Below, piece after piece: positions 1-9,805 of a stretch of 64,000 nucleotides of DNA; within the stretch, counting starts at the first letter, position 1; each line of letters begins with the position of its first letter. Both the position numbers and the translations under genes were made by a program. The DNA is taken from assembly GCA_017502165.1 (NCBI GenBank), contig JAFVVO010000043.1, positions 26,409-90,408 of the forward strand. The letters are read 5' to 3'. Under the pieces are notes generated by a model. That model ran no database searches, was not told the origin of the DNA, and was given only the letters and a program-made list of their open reading frames with translations. Origin of the DNA: Clostridia bacterium (GTDB taxonomy: Bacteria; Bacillota; Clostridia; Christensenellales; QALW01).

Positions 1-306
1 TGCGGTGCCGCAAAGGGCAAGCAGGCAGAATCTGCTCTTGAGCTCATTAAATCGGGCGCTCTCTACCCCTGCTCCTTAAGTATGACGATTTTTGCCTATG
101 AGGCATTACTCGATACGTCTTTAGATAACTTATCTTTCGTTATTAAGGATATTGAAGCAATCTGGTCAAAAATGCTGCTTTCAGGCGCCGATACCTTCTG
201 GGAAACCGCAAAAGGCGCTTCCGATTTTGCTAAAGCAGGAAGCCTTTGCCACGGCTGGTCAGCAGTTCCCGTTTACATTTTCGGCAAATATCTTAAAAAG
301 GAATAA
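1..306 (+). CDS. C-terminal fragment of a glycoside-hydrolase-like (six-hairpin type) protein; 5' end lies outside the window
   Basis: Frame 1 is open from base 1 to the stop at 304-306. The tail FWETAKGASDFAKAGSLCHGWSAVPVYIFG resembles the C-termini of (alpha/alpha)6 glycosidases. The family call is weak. Confidence 0.35.
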   Translation, partial: CGAAKGKQAESALELIKSGALYPCSLSMTIFAYEALLDTSLDNLSFVIKDIEAIWSKMLLSGADTFWETAKGASDFAKAGSLCHGWSAVPVYIFGKYLKKE

Positions 307-371
307 TTCAGTTGCAAAAACGCCCCTTGTGGTGTAAAATATAAGCATAAATTTGAAAGGAATTTTGAAAA

Positions 372-938
372 ATGAACAAGTTTATTATCGAAACAAGCGC
401 ACGTCACATACACGTTACTCAGGAGCACCTTGAAATTCTTTTCGGTGCAGGCAAAACCCTCACTCCCAAAAAGGACCTTTCACAGCCCGGTCAGTTTGCT
501 TGCGAGGAGCGCGTTACCATCGTTGGCAGCAAAAAGGAGCTTGCAGGTGTTTCCATTCTCGGCCCCGTTCGTCCCGCAACTCAGGTTGAGCTTTCCGCAA
601 CCGACGCCCGTTCCATCGGCGTAGGCATCGCAATCCGCGAATCAGGTGATATTGCAGGCACCCCCGGTTGCAAAATCGTTGGCCCCTGCGGCGAGGTTGA
701 AATTTCCGAAGGCGTTATCGTGGCAAAGCGTCATATCCATATGACTCCTGCTGATGCTGAGGTTCTTGGCGTTAGCGATAAGGAAATCGTTGCCGTTAAG
801 GCTGAAAGCGCAGAGCGTAGCTGCATTTTTGAGGACGTTGTTGTTCGCGTTAGCGAAAAGTTTGCCCTTGCAATGCACATCGACACCGACGAAAGCAACG
901 CCGCTTTCGGTGTTAAAGAAGGCTATATCGTAAAATAA
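372..938 (+). CDS. pduL: Phosphate propanoyl/acetyl-transferase PduL
   Basis: 188 aa with a typical PduL N-terminus (IETSARHIHVT) and a second repeat (AKRHIHMTPADAE). A terminator follows. Confidence 0.85.
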   Translation: MNKFIIETSARHIHVTQEHLEILFGAGKTLTPKKDLSQPGQFACEERVTIVGSKKELAGVSILGPVRPATQVELSATDARSIGVGIAIRESGDIAGTPGCKIVGPCGEVEISEGVIVAKRHIHMTPADAEVLGVSDKEIVAVKAESAERSCIFEDVVVRVSEKFALAMHIDTDESNAAFGVKEGYIVK

Positions 939-982
939 GATTAAAATCGGTTAAGTCTTAAAAAATTATTCAGCAAAAGATT

Positions 983-1010
983 AAGGCACGCAAAAGCGTG
1001 CCTTTTTTGT
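983..1010. terminator. Rho-independent terminator shared by convergent pduL and the XRE gene
   Basis: Stem AAGGCACGC / GCGTGCCTT with an AAAA loop, followed by a T-run. Confidence 0.8.
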
Positions 1011-1015
1011 TTTTA

Positions 1016-1255
1016 TTATTCAAACAACAAATCAATGGAGACGTTCAATATTTTTGCAGCTGCAAAAATTTCTTTATCTGTTGCTATCCTTATTTGTCCT
1101 TCAAGCTTTGAATAGCTTGTCGGATTGATATCACAACCCATAAGTTGTAATTTTGAAATAAAATCTTTTTGCTTAATGCCCTTTTCTTTTCGAATACGCT
1201 CGATATTCTTCCCCACCATATTACAATTGCCATATTCCTGCTTACGAATTTTCAT
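1016..1255 (-). CDS. XRE-family helix-turn-helix transcriptional regulator
   Basis: HTH_3-like sequence GKNIERIRKEKGIKQKDFISKL. Start chosen at MKIRKQ (ATG 1255, preceded by GGGGTG) rather than the ORF-track start at 1312. Confidence 0.8.
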   Translation of the reverse strand: MKIRKQEYGNCNMVGKNIERIRKEKGIKQKDFISKLQLMGCDINPTSYSKLEGQIRIATDKEIFAAAKILNVSIDLLFE

Positions 1256-1305
1256 AAAAACACCCCGCATAAAATTCTTTATTAGAATTATAGTGCTCAT
1301 TTTTG

Positions 1306-1334
1306 TTGACATAATTCCGTTACGGAATTATAAT
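1306..1334 (+). promoter_or_regulatory. Sigma-A promoter for the SLOG gene, with a palindromic operator in the spacer
   Basis: TTGACA (1306-1311), 17-nt spacer, TATAAT (1329-1334). The spacer is filled by the perfect palindrome TAATTCCGT-T-ACGGAATTA (1312-1330). Confidence 0.7.
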
Positions 1335-1373
1335 AAAAATAATTCAGAACGAGAATTATGAGAGGTGTTGTAA

Positions 1374-1745
1374 ATGATTAAACGAATTGTGGTTGCAGGC
1401 AGCAGAAATTTCAACGAGTATTCCGTAGCAAAAAAATATATTGACGCTTGCATAAAAGACTTAAAAAATTCTTGCACGTTCATTTTTGTTTCAGGAACTT
1501 GTAAAGGCGCAGATTTATTAGGCGAAAAATACGCCATTGAGAACGGATTTGAGATAGAACGTTATCCTGCCCAATGGAATATTTACGGCAGGGGCGCAGG
1601 AATCCGCCGCAACGAGCAAATGGCACAGGTTAGTGACATCGTTATTTGTTTTTGGGACGGCAAAAGCAAAGGAACTAAATCAATGATAGAGTTAGCCAAG
1701 AAAAATAACAAAACAATTTACATTAAGTTAGTTGAAACCTTGTAA
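1374..1745 (+). CDS. SLOG-superfamily protein, DUF2493 / YpsA-related
   Basis: 123 aa with VVAGSRNF, SGTCKGADLLGEKYA, GAGIRRNEQM and FWDGKSKGT motifs, which are typical of DUF2493. Confidence 0.7.
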   Translation: MIKRIVVAGSRNFNEYSVAKKYIDACIKDLKNSCTFIFVSGTCKGADLLGEKYAIENGFEIERYPAQWNIYGRGAGIRRNEQMAQVSDIVICFWDGKSKGTKSMIELAKKNNKTIYIKLVETL

Positions 1746-1764
1746 AACACATTAAATCTATAAA

Positions 1765-1797
1765 CAAAAAACGCAGAGCTTTCACTCTGCGTTTTAT
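1765..1797. terminator. Bidirectional terminator between the SLOG gene (+) and rplQ (-)
   Basis: Stem AACGCAGAG / CTCTGCGTT flanked by an A-run and a T-run. Confidence 0.8.
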
Positions 1798-1808
1798 TGT
1801 TGTTAAAA

Positions 1809-2324
1809 TTAGTCAACAAGTTCAAGAATAACTGTTTCAGCACAGTCACCGCGACGGGGTCCCATCTTGATAATTCTGGTGTATCCGCCACCCTGTCCCT
1901 TTTCTTCAGCACGCTTTGCGTACTTGGGAGCAAGCTCATCAAAAATCTTGGTGATTACGGGGTGCTTGTTACCTTCAACACGAACCTTGTAAACAGCTTT
2001 CTTTTCGCCTTCGTTGCGCTCAATTTTTCTCTCATAGAGATATGCCATCATACGACGACGAGCATTAAGACGTGCAGGACCGTCGTTCTTAACTTCGGTC
2101 TCTACCTTCTGTCCCTTGTCGTTTAACTTTGACTTTGTAACTGTAACAACATCCTCATAGGTCTTAATGCCCATGGTGATGATCTTTTCTGCCTGCTTAC
2201 GAACTTCCTTAGCACGAGCTTCGGTTGTTTCGATGCGACCGTACCAAAGTAAATCGGTAGTAAGACCGCGAACGATAGCAACACGCTGATCGGTAGGTCT
2301 GTTAAGCTTTCTGTTACCGGCCAT
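1809..2324 (-). CDS. rplQ: 50S ribosomal protein L17
   Basis: N-terminus [31 protein letters not shown]. It sits after rpoA. Confidence 0.95.
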   Translation of the reverse strand: MAGNRKLNRPTDQRVAIVRGLTTDLLWYGRIETTEARAKEVRKQAEKIITMGIKTYEDVVTVTKSKLNDKGQKVETEVKNDGPARLNARRRMMAYLYERKIERNEGEKKAVYKVRVEGNKHPVITKIFDELAPKYAKRAEEKGQGGGYTRIIKMGPRRGDCAETVILELVD

Positions 2325-2340
2325 TTCTTTATCCTCCTAA

Positions 2341-3291
2341 TTAATCTTCGTTGTTCTTGAGTTTGAGTCCAAGATCTGCGAGCTTCTTACGAACCTCATC
2401 CATGGACTTCTTACCAAGATTACGAACTCTCATCAAATCAGCCTCATCAAGCTGTGCAAGCTCCTGAACGGAGTTAATGCCTGCGCGCTTTAAGCAGTTG
2501 AATGAACGAACTGAAAGGTCGAGCTCGTCAATGGTCATATCAAACACTTTCGTCTGGGGAGCGGCCCCTTCCTTGTCCTCAGCAAGCTGAATACCGCCTA
2601 CGTTTTCTGCAAGGTTAACAAAAAGTGCAAGATAATCATTCATAATCTTTGCAGCTGTGCTTATAGCCTCATCAGGTCTGATTGAACCGTCAGTCCAAAC
2701 GTCAAGGATAAGCTTATCAAAGTTATCGTCTCTGCCTACGCGTGCGTTTTGCTTTTCATATTTAGCCTTCAAAATAGGAGTATAAATAGAATCAACTGCA
2801 ATAACGTCAATAGGCATATCGTCTGACTTGTTCATATCAGCGGGAACGTAACCCATTCCCTTGTCAATGATGATTTCCATATTAAGAACTCCGCCCTCGT
2901 CAATAGTGGCGATGTGGAGATCTTTATTGATAATTTCAAGTGTGCTGTCGCCCTTGATATCACCTGCCGTAACCTCGCAGGGTCCTACTGCATTGATGGT
3001 AGCAGCGATGGGAGTGTTGCTGTTGAGCTTCATAGCAAGGTTCTTGATGTTAAGAATGATGTTAGTAACGTCTTCTTTAACACCGGGAACTGTTTTGAAC
3101 TCGTGCAAAACGCCTTCGATGCGCACCTGAGTAGCAGCTGCACCGGGCAGGGAGGATAACAAAATTCTACGGAGAGAATTGCCCAGGGTATCGCCAAAGC
3201 CACGACGAAGCGGCTCAACAACAAACTGTGCATATTTGCCGTCTTCACTGACCTGCTTACACTCAATAACAGGCTTAATAATTTCTATCAT
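2341..3291 (-). CDS. rpoA: DNA-directed RNA polymerase alpha subunit
   Basis: 316 aa with GFGDTLGNSLRRILLSS and a C-terminal domain (LSVRSFNCLKRAGI). Confidence 0.97.
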   Translation of the reverse strand: MIEIIKPVIECKQVSEDGKYAQFVVEPLRRGFGDTLGNSLRRILLSSLPGAAATQVRIEGVLHEFKTVPGVKEDVTNIILNIKNLAMKLNSNTPIAATINAVGPCEVTAGDIKGDSTLEIINKDLHIATIDEGGVLNMEIIIDKGMGYVPADMNKSDDMPIDVIAVDSIYTPILKAKYEKQNARVGRDDNFDKLILDVWTDGSIRPDEAISTAAKIMNDYLALFVNLAENVGGIQLAEDKEGAAPQTKVFDMTIDELDLSVRSFNCLKRAGINSVQELAQLDEADLMRVRNLGKKSMDEVRKKLADLGLKLKNNED

Positions 3292-3323
3292 ACGTTTAAC
3301 CCTCCTTAATAATTTAAGCGATA

Positions 3324-3947
3324 TTACTTGGAGTACAACTCAACGATAAGGTGCTCTTCGATGTTAAGGTCGATATCTTCTCTCTTGGGAAGCTCAACAA
3401 CCTTACCGCAAAGGTCTGCACTGTTAAGCTCAAGCCATGTAGGAATAGTTTTAGCTGTTCCTTCACGCATAGCCTTGAACTTTTCAATGCTTGTGCTGCC
3501 CTCTGCAATAGCGATAACATCGCCTGCCTTAACGATAAAGGAAGGAATGTTTACTTTTTTACCGTTTACGGTAATGTGACCGTGGTTAACGATCTGTCTT
3601 GCCTGAGCGCGTGAATCGCCAAAACCAAGGCGATAAACAACGTTATCAAGACGGCGCTCGAGAAGTTGAAGCATATTCTCGCCTGCTGCGCCCTTCATAT
3701 TGGTAGCCTTTGTAAAGTAGCTGTGGAACTGCTTTTCAAGCATACCGTAAGTTCTCTTTGCCTTCTGCTTTTCACGAAGCTGAAGACCGTACTCACTTGC
3801 TTTTCTACGGCTCTTTGCGTGCTGGCCGGGAGTGGTTCCTCTCTTAACTACGGGACACTTTGCACTATAGCAACGGTCGCCCTTTAAGAAAAGCTTCTGA
3901 TTTTCGCGGCGGCACAAACGGCATACCGCTTCAGTATATCTTGCCAT
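3324..3947 (-). CDS. rpsD: 30S ribosomal protein S4
   Basis: [15 protein letters not shown] plus an S4 domain ([11 protein letters not shown]). Confidence 0.97.
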   Translation of the reverse strand: MARYTEAVCRLCRRENQKLFLKGDRCYSAKCPVVKRGTTPGQHAKSRRKASEYGLQLREKQKAKRTYGMLEKQFHSYFTKATNMKGAAGENMLQLLERRLDNVVYRLGFGDSRAQARQIVNHGHITVNGKKVNIPSFIVKAGDVIAIAEGSTSIEKFKAMREGTAKTIPTWLELNSADLCGKVVELPKREDIDLNIEEHLIVELYSK

Positions 3948-3965
3948 AATTATTTGTCCTCCTAA

Positions 3966-4361
3966 TTAAACTCTTCTGCGCTTAGGCGGTCTGCATCCGT
4001 TGTGAGGAATGGGGGTTACGTCCTTAATCATAGTAACCTCAAGACCTGCTGCCTGCAACGCTCTGATTGCTGCCTCACGTCCGCTGCCGGGTCCCTTAAC
4101 GTAAACCTCAACAGTGCGAAGGCCGTGTTCCATAGCTGCTTTTGCAGCTGTTTCAGCTGCGGTCTGTGCTGCGAAGGGTGTGCTCTTCTTGCTTCCGCGG
4201 AAGCCAAGGCCACCTGCACTTGACCAGCTGATAGCGTTACCGTTTACGTCAGTAATGGTAACGATGGTATTATTAAATGATGAGCAGATATGTGCTGCGC
4301 CACGCTCGATATGTTTCTTTTCGATGCGGCGGCGTCCGCCCTTTTTAACCGGTTTTGCCAT
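3966..4361 (-). CDS. rpsK: 30S ribosomal protein S11
   Basis: [18 protein letters not shown] and the C-terminus [18 protein letters not shown]. Confidence 0.97.
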   Translation of the reverse strand: MAKPVKKGGRRRIEKKHIERGAAHICSSFNNTIVTITDVNGNAISWSSAGGLGFRGSKKSTPFAAQTAAETAAKAAMEHGLRTVEVYVKGPGSGREAAIRALQAAGLEVTMIKDVTPIPHNGCRPPKRRRV

Positions 4362-4378
4362 ATTTTCGTCCTCCTACC

Positions 4379-4750
4379 TTATTTCTTCTTCTTAGCAGCA
4401 ACAGCTCTCTTGGGACCCTTACGGGTGCGAGCATTCTGTTTTGTGTGCTGTCCGCGAACGGGAAGGCCCTTGCGATGACGAACACCGCGATAGCAGCCGA
4501 TTTCAACAAGACGCTTAATGTTAAGGGAAACTTCTCTACGAAGGTCACCTTCAACAACAACGTTTTTGTCAATATAGTCTCTGATTAAGTTAACCTCATC
4601 TTCGGTAAGGTCTCTTACGCGAGTGTCGGGGTTAACGCCGGTTTGAGTAAGAATTTCGATAGCGATAGCGGGGCCAATGCCGTAGATTGACTGCAATGCT
4701 GCCTCTACTCGCTTATCCTTTGGTATATCTATACCAGCGATACGTGCCAT
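4379..4750 (-). CDS. rpsM: 30S ribosomal protein S13
   Basis: Starts [10 protein letters not shown] at ATG 4750 with an upstream GGAGGTG. The ORF-track start at 4765 was rejected. Confidence 0.95.
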   Translation of the reverse strand: MARIAGIDIPKDKRVEAALQSIYGIGPAIAIEILTQTGVNPDTRVRDLTEDEVNLIRDYIDKNVVVEGDLRREVSLNIKRLVEIGCYRGVRHRKGLPVRGQHTKQNARTRKGPKRAVAAKKKK

Positions 4751-4904
4751 TAAGTACACCTCCAAAATTTTTGTTAATAAAGATTTTGTTTTTATATTGA
4801 AAGCCTGTCAGGTAAACGAAATTTCTTTCGTCAGCCGCACCTGACTGATGGCCTTATTGTTGCTTTTGCTTGGTTACCCAAGCCAGCGGAAGAAGAGGCT
4901 AAAA

Positions 4905-5021
4905 TCAGCCCTGCTTCTGCTTATGGCTCTTATCAGCGGAACAGATAACCATTACTTTACCGTGACGCTTGATGAGCTTGCATTTATCACACATGGGTTT
5001 TACACTAGGTCTAACTTTCAT
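4905..5021 (-). CDS. rpmJ: 50S ribosomal protein L36
   Basis: Hand-translated 38 aa: [38 protein letters not shown]. It is too short for the ORF track. Confidence 0.95.
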   Translation of the reverse strand: MKVRPSVKPMCDKCKLIKRHGKVMVICSADKSHKQKQG

Positions 5022-5034
5022 TACAATATCCTCC

Positions 5035-5256
5035 TCAGTTTTTACTGCGCCAAATGATTCGGCCCTTGGTCAAATCATAGGTGGAAATTTCTACTGTTAC
5101 CTTATCTCCGGGTAACACTTGAATATTGTTCATTCTAAGCTTGCCGGCGATATGCGCTAAAATCTTATGACCGTTTTCAAGTTCAACTACGAACTCAGCG
5201 TTCTTTTTAGATTCTAAAACTACGCCTTCAACTTCAATGACATCTTCCTTAGACAT
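5035..5256 (-). CDS. infA: Translation initiation factor IF-1
   Basis: 73 aa S1-like protein: [26 protein letters not shown]. Confidence 0.95.
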   Translation of the reverse strand: MSKEDVIEVEGVVLESKKNAEFVVELENGHKILAHIAGKLRMNNIQVLPGDKVTVEISTYDLTKGRIIWRSKN

Positions 5257-5260
5257 GGAT

Positions 5261-5539
5261 TCACTCCTCGCCTTTTTTTGCTTTTATTGTTGCCAGAACC
5301 TTTCGGATTTCTCCGTTGGTTACAAGCTGTTGGTCTGTTAGCTTTTGGGCTGTTTCCTGACTGATTTGACCTAAAGAAGCAAGATGCTTTATCTTTTTCT
5401 TTTTGGGCTTCTCAATTTTATGAAGCTTACCGTCAGCAATCAGCACAAACTGCTCGTCAACCACTTCTACTACTAAAAAACACTTTTTGGCATCTCTGCC
5501 TGCGGTGGAACAGACTGCTTCTCCTTGCGAAAATCTCAT
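5261..5539 (-). CDS. KOW-domain small RNA-binding protein (L14E/L6E-like)
   Basis: 92 aa with a KOW-like [19 protein letters not shown]. It lies in the conserved slot between map and infA seen in Clostridia. Confidence 0.6.
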   Translation of the reverse strand: MRFSQGEAVCSTAGRDAKKCFLVVEVVDEQFVLIADGKLHKIEKPKKKKIKHLASLGQISQETAQKLTDQQLVTNGEIRKVLATIKAKKGEE

Positions 5540-5548
5540 CTGGACCTC

Positions 5549-6310
5549 CTAAATTCTTACGTTCGGGTCGGTTATGATTATCGGTTCACCGTCAATAATC
5601 GCAACGGTGTTTTCGTAATGGGCGCTGGGCGCGCCGTCAAGGGTGACCGTGGTCCATCTGTCAGAGAGAACCGTTACCTTTTCGGTGCCTAAGTTTATCA
5701 TAGGCTCGATGGCAAGGGTCATTCCGTTGACTATTCTCGTGCCGTGGCCCGGAGCACCAAAGTTGGGTATTTCGGGAGATTCGTGAAGCTCCCTGCCTAC
5801 GCCGTGGCCCGTAAAATCACGCACGATGCCGTATCCGAACTGATTTATATATTCTTCTATCCCGTGAGAAACGTCAGAAATTCTGTATCCCACACGGGCA
5901 AAGCGCAATCCCTCAAAGAAGGACTGTTTAGTACGTTCAACTAACAGCTTTTTTTCCTCCGACGCCTCACCTACAATAAAGGTGCGCGCCATATCGGTGT
6001 GAAAGCCCTTCCAAAATACGCCTCCGTCAACGGAAACCAGGTCTCCCTCGCGGATAATTTTCTTTTTACTCGGTATTCCGTGAATAACCTGCTCGTTAAC
6101 CGAAATACACAAGGTATTGGGGAAGCCGTACATTCCTAAAAACGACGGCTTTGCGCCATTACTTATTATATACTTATATGCGATTTTGTCAAGTTCAAGC
6201 GTACTCATTCCCGGCTTAATGCTTTCACCGAGAAGCTCTAAGCAGGAGGCAAGAAGTCTTCCGCCCTCTGCCATAATTTTTAATGCGCTTTCATTCTTAA
6301 TGCAAAGCAT
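5549..6310 (-). CDS. map: Type I methionine aminopeptidase
   Basis: 253 aa with metal-ligand contexts (VSVDGG, HTDMARTF, FTGHGVG, LAIEPM). Confidence 0.95.
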   Translation of the reverse strand: MLCIKNESALKIMAEGGRLLASCLELLGESIKPGMSTLELDKIAYKYIISNGAKPSFLGMYGFPNTLCISVNEQVIHGIPSKKKIIREGDLVSVDGGVFWKGFHTDMARTFIVGEASEEKKLLVERTKQSFFEGLRFARVGYRISDVSHGIEEYINQFGYGIVRDFTGHGVGRELHESPEIPNFGAPGHGTRIVNGMTLAIEPMINLGTEKVTVLSDRWTTVTLDGAPSAHYENTVAIIDGEPIIITDPNVRI

Positions 6311-6921
6311 CAGATTGCCTCCAGTACCTTTACGATACCTTCAAAAACCTCGTCAGCGGACTGATTGCCGTCAACGGTTTTTACGTTTTCGCCGTAGTAC
6401 TCTATTAAAGGCTTTGTTTGTGCGTTGTAAACGTCGATTCTTGCCTTAACGGTTTCCTCGTTATCGTCAGCGCGCTGAACAAGTTCAGCGGAGCAAACGG
6501 GACAAACGTTGCTTTCAAGGGTGGAAACGTGGAAGGTTCCTGCACACTTGGGGCAAATGCGTCTGCCGGTGATTCTGTTAAGCAATAAATCGGTGTCAAC
6601 GTCGATGTTAAGAACACAATCAAGCTCTGTAAGCTCTTTTAATCCTTGAGCCTGAGCAATGGTGCGGGGGAAACCATCAAGAAGAAATCCCTTTTCCTCC
6701 CGTGCAAGACGGTCCTTAACCATAGCAAGCGTAACCTCATCGGGAACAAGCTTGCCAGCGTCAATATAGGTTTTGGCTAATTTGCCAAGCTCGGTATTGT
6801 TGCCGATATTTTCTCTGAACATATCGCCCGTGGAAATATGGCTGATACCGTACTTTTTACAGATTCGGGCAGCCTGGGTGCCTTTACCGGCACCGGGGGC
6901 TCCCAACAAAATCATTTTCAT
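6310..6921 (-). CDS. adk: Adenylate kinase (zinc-lid type)
   Basis: Starts MKMILLGAPGAGKGTQA at ATG 6921. The lid has CPKC...CPVC. The TGATG junction overlaps the map start. Confidence 0.95.
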   Translation of the reverse strand: MKMILLGAPGAGKGTQAARICKKYGISHISTGDMFRENIGNNTELGKLAKTYIDAGKLVPDEVTLAMVKDRLAREEKGFLLDGFPRTIAQAQGLKELTELDCVLNIDVDTDLLLNRITGRRICPKCAGTFHVSTLESNVCPVCSAELVQRADDNEETVKARIDVYNAQTKPLIEYYGENVKTVDGNQSADEVFEGIVKVLEAI

Positions 6922-6931
6922 ACTGTTTACC

Positions 6932-8251
6932 TCAATCAAGGAAGCCCTTGTAGTGACGCATAACCATCTGAGATTCAAGCTGCTTCGTAACTTCAATGGA
7001 GGTGCTTACGATAATAAGCAAGCCTGTTGAAGAGAAGGTAAGGCCTAAGCCTAAGATTGAGTTTGCGTATTGGGGTGAAACAGTGGTAAGGATTGCACTT
7101 GCAATCATAGGAATACTTGAGATAACACCAAGATAGAGACCGCTGAAAAGCACCAAACGCTTGCTTACCTTGTTAAGATAATCAGTGGTGGGCTTACCGG
7201 GTCTGATACCCTGAATGAATCCGCCGTATTTCTGAAGATTTTTGCTTGTTTCCTGAGCATTAAAGGTAATTGCTGAATAGAAATAAGCAAAGCCGATGGT
7301 TAACAGGAAGCTTACTACTGTGTAGCCCCAGGTTCCCTGACCTAACCACTGGGTGTAGAATTTTTCAAATGCACTGCCTGACCAGAACATACCGGTAATA
7401 ATGCTGGGGAACATAAGCAATGACATTGAGAAAATAAGGGGAAGAACGCCGCAGGAGTTGGGTTTAATGGGCATATAGGTGCTCTGACCGCCATAAACCT
7501 TTCTGCCTGAAACGCGCTTAGCGTACTGAATGTTAATTCTGCGTTCGCCAAGCTCAACAAAAATAACGAATACGATAAGTGCAACAATTGCAAGTAAAAC
7601 TATGGGGAGAATCCACCAAAGAGCGTTGTTACCTGCCTGTGCATTTGTAGCTGCCTGTTCGAGATAGCTCTGAACTGTTACGGGTAAACGTGCAATGATA
7701 CCAACGAAGATAAGCATTGAAATACCGTTACCTAAGCCCTTTTCGCTGATGCGGTCGCCAATCCAGATGGCAACTGCAGTACCTGCGGTAAGTGTAAGAC
7801 CGATGATGATGTAGCCTAAAATGGGGTTAACACCGTCAACGAGAATCTGCTGGCTCTGGCTGAATGCGTAACAGATACCTACTGCCTGCAAGAATGCAAG
7901 AACAAAGGATGTATAACGAACAATTTTGTTGATCTTTTCTCTTCCGTTCTCTTCCTTGCTCATTCTTTCAAGAGCAGGAATAACAACCTGAAGAAGCTGA
8001 ATGATAATTGATGCGTTAATGTAAGGGGAAATACCCATGGCCATGAAGGTATAGCCTTCAAGAGCGCCACCGGTGATGATGTTCATCAAGCCCCAGATGT
8101 TTTCGTTAGCCGCGGAAATACTAAGTCCGGGGTCAACGCAGGGAGTGGGAATAAAGCTGCAAAGTCTGTATATAAGAAGCATTAAAAGCGTAAACAGAAT
8201 CTTTTTACGTAATTCGGGAAGCTTCCAAGCATTCTGAAATACTGAAAACAT
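6932..8251 (-). CDS. secY: Preprotein translocase subunit SecY
   Basis: 439-aa polytopic membrane protein at the canonical position between rplO and adk. Confidence 0.96.
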   Translation of the reverse strand: MFSVFQNAWKLPELRKKILFTLLMLLIYRLCSFIPTPCVDPGLSISAANENIWGLMNIITGGALEGYTFMAMGISPYINASIIIQLLQVVIPALERMSKEENGREKINKIVRYTSFVLAFLQAVGICYAFSQSQQILVDGVNPILGYIIIGLTLTAGTAVAIWIGDRISEKGLGNGISMLIFVGIIARLPVTVQSYLEQAATNAQAGNNALWWILPIVLLAIVALIVFVIFVELGERRINIQYAKRVSGRKVYGGQSTYMPIKPNSCGVLPLIFSMSLLMFPSIITGMFWSGSAFEKFYTQWLGQGTWGYTVVSFLLTIGFAYFYSAITFNAQETSKNLQKYGGFIQGIRPGKPTTDYLNKVSKRLVLFSGLYLGVISSIPMIASAILTTVSPQYANSILGLGLTFSSTGLLIIVSTSIEVTKQLESQMVMRHYKGFLD

Positions 8252-8695
8252 TTATACCACCTCAGCCTTTCCTCCGAGCGCCTCAATTTTCTGCTGAGCC
8301 GTACGGGTGAAGGCTGCAACCTGAACAGTAAGACGCTTTGTGAGTTCGCCGTTTCCAAGGACCTTAACGCCATCTTTCTCGATTTTGCTGATCAAGCCCT
8401 TTTCCTTAAGAAGCTGAGCCGTAACAACGGTGTCCTCTTCAAAAACGTCAAGTCTTGATACGTTAATTTCAGTATAAACCTTGCTGAAGGGGTTGTAGAA
8501 ACCGCGCTTGGGTAATCTACGGGTAAGGGGCATCTGACCGCCTTCGAAGCCGGGACGTACGCCGCCGCCGGAACGGGCATTCTGACCCTTATGTCCCTTG
8601 CCGGAGGTTTTGCCTAAGCCGCTACCGGGGCCGCGGCCCTTACGGCGACCTGTTAATACAGCGCCTTCTGCGGGTCTTAAATCTACTAATTTCAT
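8252..8695 (-). CDS. rplO: 50S ribosomal protein L15
   Basis: [11 protein letters not shown] followed by a Gly-rich [19 protein letters not shown]. Confidence 0.96.
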   Translation of the reverse strand: MKLVDLRPAEGAVLTGRRKGRGPGSGLGKTSGKGHKGQNARSGGGVRPGFEGGQMPLTRRLPKRGFYNPFSKVYTEINVSRLDVFEEDTVVTAQLLKEKGLISKIEKDGVKVLGNGELTKRLTVQVAAFTRTAQQKIEALGGKAEVV

Positions 8696-8710
8696 TGTTT
8701 GTACCTCCGA

Positions 8711-8887
8711 TTAGTCAACTTCTTCAACTGTTACAAGGTGCTTAACCTTGAAGATCATACCGCGGATAGCAGCATTATCTGCCTTAGTAACAGAAGAATT
8801 TGTTTTTTTAAGGCCAAGAGCCTTTACAGTTGCGATCTGGTCCTTTTTACAGCCGATCGTGCTCTTTGTCAATGTAATCTTTAACAT
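8711..8887 (-). CDS. rpmD: 50S ribosomal protein L30
   Basis: Hand-translated 58 aa: [28 protein letters not shown]... It is below the ORF-track size cutoff. Confidence 0.93.
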   Translation of the reverse strand: MLKITLTKSTIGCKKDQIATVKALGLKKTNSSVTKADNAAIRGMIFKVKHLVTVEEVD

Positions 8888-8900
8888 TTTTCAGTCCTCC

Positions 8901-9401
8901 TTAGCCGATAATCTCGTCAACAGACTTGCCGCGCATTTCTGCGATCTGCTCAGCAGATTTTAAGGAAGCAAGGCCTTCGAGAGTTGCCTTTACGCAGTTT
9001 GCGGGGTTGTTTGAACCCTGGCTCTTGGTAAGGATGTCACGTACGCCAACCATCTCAAGAACGTCACGAACGGGACCGCCGGCGATAACACCGGTACCTT
9101 CGGGAGCAGGCATAAGAAGAACTTTGCCGCGGCCGAACTTACCAACTACTGCGTGAGGAATTGTTGTGCCGTCAAGTGAAACGGTGATGAGATTCTTCTT
9201 AGCATCCTCAGTTGCCTTACGGATTGCTTCGGGAACTTCAACAGCCTTACCCTGACCAACACCAACGTGACCGTTACCGTCGCCAACAACAACGAGTGCT
9301 GCAAGACGCATATTACGTCCGCCCTTAACTGTTTTGGCAACACGGTTAACTGCAACTAACTTGTCTTTCAAATCAAGTGTTTTGGGATCTATTCTTTTCA
9401 T
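8901..9401 (-). CDS. rpsE: 30S ribosomal protein S5
   Basis: [26 protein letters not shown]. Confidence 0.97.
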   Translation of the reverse strand: MKRIDPKTLDLKDKLVAVNRVAKTVKGGRNMRLAALVVVGDGNGHVGVGQGKAVEVPEAIRKATEDAKKNLITVSLDGTTIPHAVVGKFGRGKVLLMPAPEGTGVIAGGPVRDVLEMVGVRDILTKSQGSNNPANCVKATLEGLASLKSAEQIAEMRGKSVDEIIG

Positions 9402-9416
9402 TGCTTTCTACCTCCA

Positions 9417-9785
9417 TTAAAATTCCAGACCGGATTCACGGGCAGCTTCTGCCAGTGCCTGTACACGGCCGGTGTAGAGGTATCCGCCTCTGTCAAATAC
9501 AACAGTCTTAATGTTCTTTGCTAAAGCACGTTCTGCAATGATTTTGCCAACGGTTTTGGCAGCTTCTGTTTTAGTCATTTCCTTAACGGCTGCAGCGATT
9601 TCTGCTTCTAAAGTGGAAGCTGCTGCAAGCGTATTGCCGGTGGTATCGTCGATAACCTGAGCATAGATATGACTGTTGCTGCGATATACGTCCAATCTGG
9701 GACGGTCTGCTGTGCCGCTGATCTTCTTGCGAACACGAGCGTGTCTTGCAAGACGGTTAGCGTTTTTATCGATTTTCTTTATCAT
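9417..9785 (-). CDS. rplR: 50S ribosomal protein L18
   Basis: [34 protein letters not shown]. Confidence 0.97.
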   Translation of the reverse strand: MIKKIDKNANRLARHARVRKKISGTADRPRLDVYRSNSHIYAQVIDDTTGNTLAAASTLEAEIAAAVKEMTKTEAAKTVGKIIAERALAKNIKTVVFDRGGYLYTGRVQALAEAARESGLEF

Positions 9786-9805
9786 AATGCTAATGCTCCT
9801 TTCAA

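Noticed and set aside
4848-5057. 69-aa plus-strand ORF
   Set aside because: It overlaps the minus-strand rpmJ (L36), which translates perfectly. I treat it as spurious.
6922-6996. N-terminally extended ORF-track starts for adk, and likewise for rpsM, rplE, rplX, rplB, rpmC, serA, rny and several glycan genes
   Set aside because: The extensions overlap the preceding gene and lack an RBS. Internal ATG codons give the canonical N-termini with good Shine-Dalgarno spacing.
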